41,508 bases of DNA from a virus (lineage: Duplodnaviria > Caudoviricetes), in the IMG/VR virus record IMGVR_UViG_3300024279_000011, positions 1 through 41,508 of that record; one strand, written 5' to 3'. The notes under the pieces were generated by a model. The model worked only from the letters and a program-made list of their open reading frames with translations. It did no database searches and was not told where the DNA came from. A program made the position numbers and the translations under genes. This document shows positions 25,384-35,036 of this stretch, one piece after another (the first letter of the stretch is position 1; each line of letters starts with the position of its first letter).

Positions 25384-26109
25384 TTAGGGCTCAGTGGTAA
25401 CGTCTGTTGTACTAAAATCATCAAAGTACGGGGTCCCAACGATCCGCTTCATCATGTACTGCATGTTGAGCGCGAGATTAAATCGGTTCGGGATCGCGGC
25501 CCCATCCTCTTGGGATAGGTTCACAAAGCTTGTCGTGATCGGCGCAATGTAGAACCCATTGAGCGTCTGCTGGCTCTGTGAGTAGGCGCTGTTGAGAGAC
25601 ATCAGGATTTCTTCCTTACGATCTCTAGCTTGGTTGCCTCGGCTCAAAATATCAATGCTTAAGCTAGCCAGCATGTTCACCGACTGGACCTGATTTAGAT
25701 CGTCACCATCGGGCTCGAACTTGAGGTTGTTCGCAAAGGGCTTGCAGCTCAGGATTCCAACCGCAATATAAAGTCTTGAATCCGTTGGGATATTGATTTT
25801 CTGGTTGTAGGTATAGACCTGATCGTCCGTGAGGTTCATCCCGTGGCGGAGAATGTCCTCGACCAACTGGATATGGGTACCCACTAGAATTTGCCGGGTC
25901 GTGGAGACCGAGGTTAAGTCGGTGACTTTGACCACGTCTATTCCGGTCACGATCGGGGCGGTGTAAACACCTGTAGCGCCGTCAATGCTCCCGCCGGCGC
26001 CCCCGGGAACAACGGAATAAGAATAGGGCGGATTCCCGCCAGAACCTAAGAACCGAGCCTGGTTTAAGGGGACGATCGCAAGTGAGTTGGCGCCCAGAGA
26101 GAGACTCAT
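25384..26109 (-). CDS. Tail terminator/neck protein with N-terminal Ig-like domain
   Basis: Immediately upstream of the sheath; N-terminal SGGNPPYSYS...GGSIDGATGVYTAP module. Confidence 0.7.
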   Translation of the reverse strand: MSLSLGANSLAIVPLNQARFLGSGGNPPYSYSVVPGGAGGSIDGATGVYTAPIVTGIDVVKVTDLTSVSTTRQILVGTHIQLVEDILRHGMNLTDDQVYTYNQKINIPTDSRLYIAVGILSCKPFANNLKFEPDGDDLNQVQSVNMLASLSIDILSRGNQARDRKEEILMSLNSAYSQSQQTLNGFYIAPITTSFVNLSQEDGAAIPNRFNLALNMQYMMKRIVGTPYFDDFSTTDVTTEP

Positions 26110-26609
26110 CCCGGCACCGGGCCTGAACCTTCGTAGTCCTGAACGAGGTCATACTCCACGTAGCCGTACTTATTGTAATCGCCCTTCTTCATGACCCGAT
26201 ATTGGACGGTCTCATAGACGACCACGTCGTCGGGCTTAAGGGCCAATTGAATCTCGGCATGAAGCTTGTGCCACTTCCAGGCGCGTTGACCCTCGGGCTT
26301 GAGATAGAGTTGCTGGAAAGTGAAGGGCTGCATGACGCCCCGGAAGTTGATCTCGGTCTCGGTCTCAACTAACTCGCCCGCGATGTTCACGGTCTTCACT
26401 ACGAGGCCGAAGACCATGTTCTGAAACCAGCTATTTAGGGCGTCCGAGACATCCGGGAGAGCCAAGAAGTTTCCCACCCCGCTATTGACCGTGGGTTTAT
26501 AGGTCCCGGTCAGCGCCCCATTGGCATAGATGACCCCGAACTTCACTTTGTCCGCTGAGGGGTAATCACAGGCCGAGATCGCAAAGACTGGGGGCCAGTA
26601 AATGATCAT
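26106..26609 (-). CDS. Head closure/stopper-like protein with N-terminal extension
   Basis: F.GVMQP...QL..KPEGQR.W.W, L..DD.V.Y....YRV; extra N-terminal P..DKVKFGV.Y...LTGT motif. Confidence 0.7.
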   Translation of the reverse strand: MIIYWPPVFAISACDYPSADKVKFGVIYANGALTGTYKPTVNSGVGNFLALPDVSDALNSWFQNMVFGLVVKTVNIAGELVETETEINFRGVMQPFTFQQLYLKPEGQRAWKWHKLHAEIQLALKPDDVVVYETVQYRVMKKGDYNKYGYVEYDLVQDYEGSGPVPG

Positions 26610-28318
26610 GCCGGGTTCTCCGTGATGATCGAAAGCTTGGTCGTGAGGGCGCCTACGGCGAAGAACTCAAAGGCTATGAGCTTCCCATTGAGGTCTGAGG
26701 AGGCCAGGTTGATTTTGTACCAACCATCCCCGATCTCGACGGCCGTATTGGGGCAGTTCGCAAAGGCGCCACCGTCAATGCTCCGCTTGGCGATAATGGT
26801 GAGTCCTGGAGCCGGGTCTCCGGTCGAGAGGTACATGGGGAAGGGGAAATTCGAGAGAGCCTGATTCTTGGGCACTGTGATCGCGGCCGGACCCGTGGGT
26901 AGATTGTCCGTCTTCGCCTTAATCGCAGTGGCCAGGGTATCGACCGCAGCGACAGCCGTTCCCACCGTAGTGACATCGCCCTGGCTCGAGGGAGTTGCGG
27001 GAAGATTGTCCGTCTTGGCTTTAATGGCCGTGATCGAAGTGTTATCGGGCGCAGTGTAGCTCGAGGTCGGAAGACGGCTGGCGATGGTCGCGTTGACGTT
27101 ATCGACGATGAGTTTGCCCACCGATCCCGCAGTGGTCAGGGCGGAAGTCAGCGAGGCCCAGATCACTCCAGCCAGGGTCGTGCGTTCCCCGGAAGTCAGA
27201 GTCATCGCGTCGCCAGCTGCGGCCGGGGTCGCTGGGAGGTTATCGGTCTTCGCCTTGATTGAGGCGATATCCGCATTGTCCGGGGCCGTATAACCCGACG
27301 TAGCGAGCCGGGAGGAGACTGTCGTGTCCAGGTTGTCTATCTTGGTCGCCCGCGCGGAAGTGTAATCCGCGTTGGAGACGGCGGTCGACGCCGGGGCCCG
27401 GGAAGAGATGGTCCCGTCAATGTCGGTGACCAGAAGCTTCCCAATGGATCCAACGGTGGTTAGGGCGCTGGTCAGGGCGTCCCATACCGCCTGAGCAATC
27501 GTGGCCGCTGACGGGGGAGAGGTATAGGAACCGCTCGCAAGCCTTGAACTGATCGTGGCGTCGATATTCGTTACCAGGAGCTTGCCTATTGACCCGGTGG
27601 TCGTGAGGGCCGATGTGAGGGCGTCCCAGATGGCTTGCACGGCGGAGGCCGCAAGGGTTACTCCGGCCGTCACTGAGGCGACAGAGCCCGTCAGGTTACC
27701 CGTAAACGTGGTTGTAAGGGCCGTGGTGATAGTCGTTGCGGCATTGGTACCCGCAATGAATAGGCCCCCGGCAGCGCCCGCCACGGCGTCGGGAAGGCTG
27801 TTTACGGTGCCGGTAGGGGAGGAGACGTTGAAGAACTTCTTAAACCCTGCGGCAAGCAATCCGGAGGTTTCAGTAAGCGCCGTTCCAAGGATCTGGGTCA
27901 GGTTAGCCGAGACCGTAGCAGTCACTGACGCCACCGAACCCACAACGTTGCCGCCCACGTTACCGACCACACTGGCGACCGTCCCAACCACGTTACCGCT
28001 GACGTTTCCAGTGACACTGGCCACCGTATCTCCTGGGAGATCGGTTACGACCTGGTTAACGAAGTCTGTTGGGTCGGCCCCCGTTGCCGTGATGTGAATA
28101 GCCAGGTCCCCAAGGGTATTGGTATGGCTTGTCGTTAGGGCCAGTTCATACCAACCGCTTCCCCGGTCCGTCACCGTGGGAGAGATGGATCCAAAGGCCC
28201 CGCCAGCCTGGGAAGAGGTAATCGTCAGGGTAAGACTCGCCTTACCGCTAATGTGGTCGGCCGAGTCGGTCATAAAGACCATGATATTCACAGCGGTGCT
28301 GAGCTTAAGGAGTCTCAC
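26606..28318 (-). CDS. Repeat-rich head/neck fibre-like protein (570 aa)
   Basis: Three W.(A/S)LTSALTT.GS.GKL repeats, three IKAKTDNLP repeats and V.GNV.G.V repeats; similar N- and C-terminal domains. Confidence 0.65.
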   Translation of the reverse strand: MRLLKLSTAVNIMVFMTDSADHISGKASLTLTITSSQAGGAFGSISPTVTDRGSGWYELALTTSHTNTLGDLAIHITATGADPTDFVNQVVTDLPGDTVASVTGNVSGNVVGTVASVVGNVGGNVVGSVASVTATVSANLTQILGTALTETSGLLAAGFKKFFNVSSPTGTVNSLPDAVAGAAGGLFIAGTNAATTITTALTTTFTGNLTGSVASVTAGVTLAASAVQAIWDALTSALTTTGSIGKLLVTNIDATISSRLASGSYTSPPSAATIAQAVWDALTSALTTVGSIGKLLVTDIDGTISSRAPASTAVSNADYTSARATKIDNLDTTVSSRLATSGYTAPDNADIASIKAKTDNLPATPAAAGDAMTLTSGERTTLAGVIWASLTSALTTAGSVGKLIVDNVNATIASRLPTSSYTAPDNTSITAIKAKTDNLPATPSSQGDVTTVGTAVAAVDTLATAIKAKTDNLPTGPAAITVPKNQALSNFPFPMYLSTGDPAPGLTIIAKRSIDGGAFANCPNTAVEIGDGWYKINLASSDLNGKLIAFEFFAVGALTTKLSIITENPA

Positions 28319-29085
28319 TTATTCACCCATCTTCCCCGTGAGCCGGTAAAGGGGCCGCCGAAGGCCGTCACTGCGAGAAGGGCCGATCTTGAGGCCCCAT
28401 TAAGAGATCCGGTTCCTGAGGTAAGGGCCACGCTGGTCGGGTCAATAACCCCGTCCCAGATGGCGAACTCATCGAGCTTAAAGGCCGAGGCCGTCGTATT
28501 AGGGCTGGATCCAATGCAGATGGACTTAAACCAGGTATTGGCCCACGAAGACGTTAACGCCGTGGTTGGGGTCAGCCCCGAACCAATAGCCGAGGCGTCG
28601 ACGTAGCACTTGACGTTGTTCGCCGTGGTGGTCCCGTCGCCGACAAAGACGACGTCGTAGAACGTTCCTGAGGTAGGGGACCAGGTCCCAAAAGAGGCGG
28701 TGGTATAGGTGGCCGATGTCTCGTTCTTTGAGGCCATCGTGAGGTTGGCGGTCGTGATATCGTGGCGCCACTCGAAATAGGCGGAGGTCGCCCCTACTCC
28801 GGCGGATAGACAGCCGAAAGCCCTACTCCCCGCTGGCGTCCCGGTATACCCGGGGGCAATCCTAAAAAGCACCGACCAGGCGCGGGAGTTCTGGGTGTTA
28901 TAGGCCCCAGGATATGAGAGGAACTTTACCCCGCTGGTATCGGTCAGGTCCCAAACGGTTCCGGAGATACCCCCAGACGCGGTTGAGATCTTCCCAGAGT
29001 TGAACTGCACCCCAACGCCGCCGCCAGCCGCCAGGTCGGCGGTGAAGGAACTTCCCTTAGCGTGGAAGACCAGGGTGGTGGACAT
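28315..29085 (-). CDS. LamG/concanavalin-A-like lectin-fold virion protein
   Basis: WSV.FRI, FYDVVFVGDG....KCYVD and I.IG.......KLDEFAIWDGV are LamG-like signatures. Confidence 0.65.
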   Translation of the reverse strand: MSTTLVFHAKGSSFTADLAAGGGVGVQFNSGKISTASGGISGTVWDLTDTSGVKFLSYPGAYNTQNSRAWSVLFRIAPGYTGTPAGSRAFGCLSAGVGATSAYFEWRHDITTANLTMASKNETSATYTTASFGTWSPTSGTFYDVVFVGDGTTTANNVKCYVDASAIGSGLTPTTALTSSWANTWFKSICIGSSPNTTASAFKLDEFAIWDGVIDPTSVALTSGTGSLNGASRSALLAVTAFGGPFTGSRGRWVNK

Positions 29086-29543
29086 TAAGCGACCTCCGTA
29101 GTGATGGAGTCGCGTAGCTGACCCGTTTCAACCAGGGTCTGGTGATTCTTCTTCCGGGTCATATCCGAGGGCTTCCATGCTCCGAACCCGCCGGTATTGA
29201 AGGCGTCTAGGACCACGTTCTGGGCCAGAAGCATGATCTTCTGCATCCAGAGCATGACCGATCGCTCCCGAATGACAGTCTCAAGGACCTCAGGATGAAA
29301 GGCTTCGGAGTTCTCGATGTAGCTCGAGAGGTGCTCATTGAGCGGGACCCTGAGGAATGACCTCACGGGGAGTTTCTCGGTCCCGAACTCGTGGTCGATG
29401 CCGATCTCCACGTTGGTCCGCTCCCCGTCCACGCGCGAGACCTTCCCAATGATCCCGATTCTCCCGGTGGGGAGGGGCTCATTGAGGGCTCGGATGAAGT
29501 TCTCCAGGGCCCTGGTATCGAGGGAGGTTTGGTCGTCACTCAA
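29085..29543 (-). CDS. Neck/tail-completion protein
   Basis: HEFGT..LP.RSFLR and TLVETGQLRDSIT. Confidence 0.8.
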   Translation of the reverse strand: MSDDQTSLDTRALENFIRALNEPLPTGRIGIIGKVSRVDGERTNVEIGIDHEFGTEKLPVRSFLRVPLNEHLSSYIENSEAFHPEVLETVIRERSVMLWMQKIMLLAQNVVLDAFNTGGFGAWKPSDMTRKKNHQTLVETGQLRDSITTEVA

Positions 29544-29974
29544 GGGTGCGTCCTCCCTCTGACTGAGAACACAGCCCCCGAGAGAAGGGGGAGAATCATG
29601 ACCAGGTATTGGGCCCCATAGTTGGTCTTGGAGAAGGCCGCAAACTCAGGGTTATCGAGGATTCTCTGCGGGATGGAGTAGTTCTCGGAGACTGAGCCCA
29701 CGCTCTTCCCGGCTGTAACCCAATTGAATTGCCCTGATATACCTTGCGATCCCTCCCTCATGTTGAGGCAAAGGCAGTGAGCTGCCAGGAATAAGAATCC
29801 CCGGTCGTAGACGGCTTGGGAGACGAAGAGGTCAACGTTGATCACGATCGCGGCGTCGTCCAATGCCAACTGAATATCGTCGTCAGTGACGTTAGTGGCC
29901 GGGTCCGTCCCGTAGATGAAGTCCCGGGAGAACCGAGCTTTAAAGTCTGCGATTGAAGGATTCTCGTAAGCCAT
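29540..29974 (-). CDS. Head-tail adaptor (DUF4054-like)
   Basis: DFKARF..DF, L.AH, KSVGSVS..Y and T.YG.QYL. Confidence 0.85.
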   Translation of the reverse strand: MAYENPSIADFKARFSRDFIYGTDPATNVTDDDIQLALDDAAIVINVDLFVSQAVYDRGFLFLAAHCLCLNMREGSQGISGQFNWVTAGKSVGSVSENYSIPQRILDNPEFAAFSKTNYGAQYLVMILPLLSGAVFSVRGRTHP

Positions 29975-29987
29975 TAACCCTCTCGCG

Positions 29988-30016
29988 AAAACGCCCGACC
30001 ACTAAGGGCCGGGCGT
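29988..30016 (-). terminator. Intrinsic terminator after the major capsid gene
   Basis: Minus strand reads ACGCCCGGCC-CTTAGT-GGTCGGGCGT-TTT. Confidence 0.8.
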
Positions 30017-30047
30017 CGAATTTCGGCCCAGAACATTTCAGTCAGCC

Positions 30048-31052
30048 TTAGTAGCTGAAATACATGGTCTCCAAGGGGCGCAGCAGGATCACCCCAGAGA
30101 ACTGCCCATAGCCAACGTTTTGGAACGAGAAGTTATCGATCGAGTTCGCCAGCGTATTCGTGTAGTCCACCGGGATCTCCATCTTCAGAGACTCCTCGTC
30201 ACTGTTCAGGAGCACATACCGCTGGACGCCCAGGGTGTTGTAGGCCTGATCCGCATAGGCCAAGGGGAGAACCTTGAAGCCCTTGTTGCGGGTGATGAGC
30301 TGGAGAGCCTCCTCCACCAACTGGAGAGTCGACTTGATCGGGAAGTCAGGTGAAGCCTGGCTCGCCAAACCATTGTAGTCGCTTTCCGGGATGATGAAGT
30401 GGGTCGGCCAAGCGGTGCGGTTCACGTTCACCCGATAAGCCTCGATGAGGTTCTCAAGGAGGGTCTTAAGCTCCGAGGTGCTCATCGACTTGATCGACTT
30501 GGTGATCACCGAGGTGTTGTTGGTCGCAGCCGTCTGGTTCAAAAGACCCAGAGAACCGCTGTCAAGACCGAGGAAGGCCACCTTCTGGATACCGAGGTCC
30601 CAGTTGCGCTTGCGGGCCTTCTCTTTGGCCGTCACGATGTCCCAGTTGCCGGACTTGGCGGCTTGCTGGATATCGAACAGGGTCCAGGTAGAGGTCTTTG
30701 CCCAGTTGTTGACCTTCAACGAGAGGCTATCGACGCCGGCGTCAGCAGCAGCCAGACGGCTGTTGTTGTTCCCAGTGTTGATCACGCCCGTTGAGAAGTC
30801 ATCAGCGAGCTGGAAGGAGCGGTAGGTGACGATGTTCGAAGACCATGCACCCTCTCCCACCCTGACCGGGAAGTAGTCGGCCGGGGCGATCTCAAAGAAC
30901 TTCTGCTCTGAGATCTTCTTGGAGATCGTGGTGAGGGAGGTGATGTCGATCTCGTATCCCAGCGCGTTGACTTGCTTTTGAATGACGTCGGCAAGTAACT
31001 GTTCACGCTGGTTCAGAACAATCAGCTCACCTTTTGAGTTCAGGATCTTCAT
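30048..31052 (-). CDS. Major capsid protein (HK97 fold, DUF2184/encapsulin-like family)
   Basis: 334 aa after the protease and decoration genes; AFLG.....GLLN and GVILLRP; strong AAGGAG RBS; followed by a terminator. Confidence 0.9.
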   Translation of the reverse strand: MKILNSKGELIVLNQREQLLADVIQKQVNALGYEIDITSLTTISKKISEQKFFEIAPADYFPVRVGEGAWSSNIVTYRSFQLADDFSTGVINTGNNNSRLAAADAGVDSLSLKVNNWAKTSTWTLFDIQQAAKSGNWDIVTAKEKARKRNWDLGIQKVAFLGLDSGSLGLLNQTAATNNTSVITKSIKSMSTSELKTLLENLIEAYRVNVNRTAWPTHFIIPESDYNGLASQASPDFPIKSTLQLVEEALQLITRNKGFKVLPLAYADQAYNTLGVQRYVLLNSDEESLKMEIPVDYTNTLANSIDNFSFQNVGYGQFSGVILLRPLETMYFSY

Positions 31053-31082
31053 TGTGGTTTACTCCTTCGTTTCGTTTAAAAG

Positions 31083-31547
31083 TTAATCTGCCTGGACGCC
31101 CGGGAGATCGATTAGTACCCGAATCAGATCTCCATCTGCAGCAGCGCTGTCCAGGGCGCGGCCAATAATGGTTTGACCTGAGTCGATTTCAGCGACCTTG
31201 TTCCCGCTGATCACCACAGCCAATTGGGCGTTCCGACTGATGGCCGAGAGGGCCTCCATGATCATCACCGCCCCGCGGAAGAAGCAGATCTCGACCTTGG
31301 CCCCCACTGGGAAGCTTTGATCCTTCTGGGTGTAGGCTACGAAGCCAAAGATATCGTCGCTATTTGCCGCGATCTCCTTGACCTTCGGTACCCCACCGGC
31401 GGAATCCACCATGACCACAGCCTGGCCGGGAACTAGGTCCGCCGCAGCGGTCGAGTCCACGATGCAGGAGAGGAGCATATTGTTGAAATTGAGGTCGATC
31501 TGCCCCTTAATCGGGATCTCAACGAATTGGTTCTGATTCAGACTCAT
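31083..31547 (-). CDS. Capsid decoration/cement protein
   Basis: NQF...P..GQ.DL.FN...G.ALD.A...G.LIRV; located upstream of the MCP gene. Confidence 0.75.
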   Translation of the reverse strand: MSLNQNQFVEIPIKGQIDLNFNNMLLSCIVDSTAAADLVPGQAVVMVDSAGGVPKVKEIAANSDDIFGFVAYTQKDQSFPVGAKVEICFFRGAVMIMEALSAISRNAQLAVVISGNKVAEIDSGQTIIGRALDSAAADGDLIRVLIDLPGVQAD

Positions 31548-31559
31548 GGCTTCAGCTCC

Positions 31560-32309
31560 TTACACCACATCAACAGTGGGTGTTGTTAGAAGGATTCGGA
31601 TCAACTGCCCAGCACCCGAGGCTTGGTCGAGTGCGATACCGGCGATCGGCTTCCCGCTGGTTGCGGTAATCACGCCCCCGATGGTGGCGACCACGATCAT
31701 GACCTTGGCCCCGCGGTTAATTGCGGCCGTGGAGACCAAGTACATGACGTTAGAGCCCATGCTCATTTCGACGTAGTCCTTGGCCTTGAACTTCGAGTTC
31801 TTCGAGTTGAAGTTGAGGAATCCCGCCACTTGGTCGGTATTGGCCGTGCACGGAGTGACCACGGGTACGCCGTTGACGTCGGTCGTAAACTTCACGGCGA
31901 CGCTTGCGACCTGGTCGGCGATGCTTCCGGCCAACTGCACAGTGATCGAGTTCGTGTTGAACCGGAGATCCAACTGTCCTTGGACGGGGGATTCCGTGAA
32001 CTTATTCATCTCCTGGGTTCCGGTGTCCGTCAGAACTCCGACCTCGTTCGAGGTGGCGGTGTCGTTGGAGTGACCGGTGTCGGTGACGACGACCTTATAA
32101 TAGTACTGGGTCCCTGGAATGACCGTATCGTCGTAGAGGACTACGCTGGTCTTCCCCGAGAGGATGTTCCCACCCCCTGGCGTGAACCCCGAGGAAGTGC
32201 TCCGATACCATTGAACGGTATACGGTCCGGTACCGCCAGAGGCGACACTGTCCAGGACGACTTTAAAGCCGGTGTTCTCAACGAGGGCGGCTGTAATTGC
32301 TAATGACAT
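31560..32309 (-). CDS. Second decoration-protein paralog with N-terminal fibronectin-III-like domain
   Basis: N-terminal YTVQWYRSTSSGFTP...YDDTVIPGTQYYYKVV; the C-terminal half aligns by eye with 31083..31547. Confidence 0.7.
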   Translation of the reverse strand: MSLAITAALVENTGFKVVLDSVASGGTGPYTVQWYRSTSSGFTPGGGNILSGKTSVVLYDDTVIPGTQYYYKVVVTDTGHSNDTATSNEVGVLTDTGTQEMNKFTESPVQGQLDLRFNTNSITVQLAGSIADQVASVAVKFTTDVNGVPVVTPCTANTDQVAGFLNFNSKNSKFKAKDYVEMSMGSNVMYLVSTAAINRGAKVMIVVATIGGVITATSGKPIAGIALDQASGAGQLIRILLTTPTVDVV

Positions 32310-32320
32310 CGACGTTCTCC

Positions 32321-33382
32321 TTAGTTAGAGCCGTAGCGGGCTTGCCCGCGAGCGACCTTATCCGACGACAGCTCAACGACGCGATTCTTAAGGGCCTCAG
32401 CTTCAGCGTTCTTGATCTTCTCGAAATTGGCCTCGTTGGACTTCTTCTCTTCAGCGGCCTTCTTTTCAGAGGCCTCCTTCTCTTCGTTCGCCTTCTTTTC
32501 GGCGGCGGCTTTTTCCTCAGCCTCCTTGGCGGCCTTTTCGTCATTGGCTTTCTTCTCGTCCGCTGACGGCTCTGGGTGCTTGGCTTTGAGGTCGGCGAGT
32601 TCCTGGCACATAGCTACGTGCTTGGCCACGAGGTCATTGACCTTCATCTTCTCTTCGCCCACTTCGACCATGTGCTCACCGTTGGCCATGTGCTCGGGCT
32701 TCTGCATCTCCATATGGTAGCCGTCCATCTCGTTGATGAGGGTCCCAATGGAGGCCTCGACCTTACTCTTGGGGAGGGTGACGAGGACATGCTCCAGGTC
32801 TTGATCTTCAACCTTTGCCCGCTTAAAGAAATTGAACATTGATTTCACTCCTTTTGAATTTGCTAATCGCTTCAGCTCGATCTCTTTGCCGGCGTTGTAT
32901 TCCTTGAACTGCTCCGGCGTCATGATGACGGATTCTGCGTATCGGGGGTTGGGGACGATCGCCAGGTGCTCGTACTCGCCGAGCGCAATCTCCTTGGAAT
33001 AGTCCACGCCGTGCCACTGCCCTCCGCCCTTGGTCATCTTGGGGATATAGGCGTTGGAGAGCTTCCAGCCATTGCGGATGGCCTCGTGGCCACGGTCGCT
33101 AATGACCATAAACTCAACCCAGTGCTTACCGTCAGCCTGGTTGAAGAATGAGCGTGAAACGTAACCATCGGCTTCAGTCTGGAGCTTATCTAGATCGACC
33201 TCGTCGACGTGACGGACATACACAGGACGCCCTTGAAAGGAGACATCCATATTCTTGATGGCTTCCTCGCCAATGAAGATGCGGTAGGGCTGTTGTCCAG
33301 GTTCACGATATTCGGCGACGCCTTCGACCATGTGGAGTCCAAAATAGACTCGGGGTAGTTGCTTGGCGTTCTTCACACTCAT
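32321..33382 (-). CDS. Prohead protease/scaffold (DUF2213-like)
   Basis: GV.EY, SFQGRPVYVRH, LSNAY and HLAIVPNPRY; charged scaffold-like C-terminus. Confidence 0.85.
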   Translation of the reverse strand: MSVKNAKQLPRVYFGLHMVEGVAEYREPGQQPYRIFIGEEAIKNMDVSFQGRPVYVRHVDEVDLDKLQTEADGYVSRSFFNQADGKHWVEFMVISDRGHEAIRNGWKLSNAYIPKMTKGGGQWHGVDYSKEIALGEYEHLAIVPNPRYAESVIMTPEQFKEYNAGKEIELKRLANSKGVKSMFNFFKRAKVEDQDLEHVLVTLPKSKVEASIGTLINEMDGYHMEMQKPEHMANGEHMVEVGEEKMKVNDLVAKHVAMCQELADLKAKHPEPSADEKKANDEKAAKEAEEKAAAEKKANEEKEASEKKAAEEKKSNEANFEKIKNAEAEALKNRVVELSSDKVARGQARYGSN

Positions 33383-34350
33383 TTAAACTTCACCACCGGG
33401 ATCGCAATGCACCGGCAGTTATAGTCCTGGCCCGGATTGTTCCGACGGACTGGTTCGCCTGGTGCTGTGCTAATAGGAGGATTGTCGAAGGAATATTTCT
33501 TCCCATCAAGAACTTTATGGGCTGGGCGCACGGGATGGAGTTTCGAACCCGCTACACAGCGCCAAATGTATTCGCTAACGCCGGCGTCTTTGTACCTAGA
33601 CTCCTTGAATTTAGTCATGAGTATCGCCGTTTCCTGGCGGGCTAAGAACTTCGCTTTGTTCAAAGAGACGCCGTAACTGGACTGAATTTCTCTGACCAAT
33701 CCTTCGTAGCGCTGGCCCTCAAAGGCGCGTCGTTGCACGCGCTTACGCATTCTGACGATCTCCTTCTCGGTGAAGTCCTGAACCCAGAGTTTCATGTTCT
33801 GGGTATATTCCTTCGCGATCTTCTGGCGTTGTTCACGGGTCAGATCGGGAGTTATGGCCAAACCCTTTAGCGACGACCGCAACTTTCGATCAGTTTTCCA
33901 GAGCGTCGTGTCGAAAAACTTCTGAACCTGGAGTTTCTCGGCAATTTCTTCCGGCAGAATTTTATCGAGTCTCCGATCAAGAGCCTGAAGGGTCCGGTTG
34001 AAGCGCCCGACGGATTGTTCAATGGCCTCATTGATCTCAAGCGGAAGACGGTTCACTGAGATGCGGAAGGCGCCGATCTTTGGGTCCCACTTAGCACCCA
34101 GGGCTCGGAGTTCCCGGGTCAAGCGAGCATTGAATCTTCCCGAGAAAACACCGCGGTGGAACGAGAGCTGGCCTGAGAGGATCGCTGAGACTACGTCGTC
34201 GACTGAATTCTGGAGGACCTCTTTAGTGGCCCCGATCTCTTTGAGGAGCGGCAGATAGATCTCCTGGCGGAAGAATTCCTTAAGAGCCTCCTCAAGGGCA
34301 TCGAAGTCCGCCTGGTCCTCACGGATTGGTTGAAGCCGGATCTCGCGCAT
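33379..34350 (-). CDS. Minor head protein (SPP1 gp7/Mu F family)
   Basis: A.FLARQET, YIW, VRPAH..LDGK and PGQDYNCRCIAIPV. Confidence 0.92.
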   Translation of the reverse strand: MREIRLQPIREDQADFDALEEALKEFFRQEIYLPLLKEIGATKEVLQNSVDDVVSAILSGQLSFHRGVFSGRFNARLTRELRALGAKWDPKIGAFRISVNRLPLEINEAIEQSVGRFNRTLQALDRRLDKILPEEIAEKLQVQKFFDTTLWKTDRKLRSSLKGLAITPDLTREQRQKIAKEYTQNMKLWVQDFTEKEIVRMRKRVQRRAFEGQRYEGLVREIQSSYGVSLNKAKFLARQETAILMTKFKESRYKDAGVSEYIWRCVAGSKLHPVRPAHKVLDGKKYSFDNPPISTAPGEPVRRNNPGQDYNCRCIAIPVVKFK

Positions 34351-35036
34351 TAGAACACCGCCTGGTGAAGATCATTCCTTATGAAGAAGAGGTTCTCTCC
34401 CATCCTGCAATAGAGAAAGTACCCCATGGTCTGAAGCAGGGTTCGGGTTAGGTTAGTATTGGGCCGACGGATCTCGACACAGATCACTTTCGGGGAATTC
34501 ACGGTGAGGTTCATGCTCCGGAGCACGGGGAGGTCCATCCCCTCAATGTCCATGGTCAGTAGATCCGGGAACTTGCCTCCAGAGTACTCATCCACGATGT
34601 GGTTTATGGTCACGGTCTTGACCTTCATGATCTTCTTAGGGTCGCCCATAGCGGACTTAACCGCGGCGACCTCTTCCCGGGAGAGGGTATTGCGCCCGGA
34701 TGTATTAGAATACATGTAGAAGTCCATCTCTCCGTTGACGGTAGCGACCCCGAAATTGAGGTTAATGTCCTTAGGGCGGTGGACCTTGAAGGCCATGATT
34801 AGCTCTGGGTTGGCCTCGACATTGATTCCCCTGGATCCGCGTTCATAGAGCAGGGCCGTGTTGGAGATGTTGAACGGATGATGAGCCCCCACATCTAGAT
34901 AGGAAGGCTTCTCGATCCCCATGAGTCGGAAGAGATTGACCAGCATAAGGTCGTCCCCGTGTTGAGCATAGGTGAGGCAACCATAGTGTTGGTCAGGATG
35001 TGGGCGCATCCCGCCGGGCTTGTCGAAGACGCTCAA
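34350..35036 (-). CDS. FkbM-family SAM-dependent methyltransferase
   Basis: YAQHGDD, YLDVGAHHP..ISNT, GINVEANP, DLLTMDIEGMD and PKVICVE. Confidence 0.9.
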   Translation of the reverse strand: MSVFDKPGGMRPHPDQHYGCLTYAQHGDDLMLVNLFRLMGIEKPSYLDVGAHHPFNISNTALLYERGSRGINVEANPELIMAFKVHRPKDINLNFGVATVNGEMDFYMYSNTSGRNTLSREEVAAVKSAMGDPKKIMKVKTVTINHIVDEYSGGKFPDLLTMDIEGMDLPVLRSMNLTVNSPKVICVEIRRPNTNLTRTLLQTMGYFLYCRMGENLFFIRNDLHQAVF

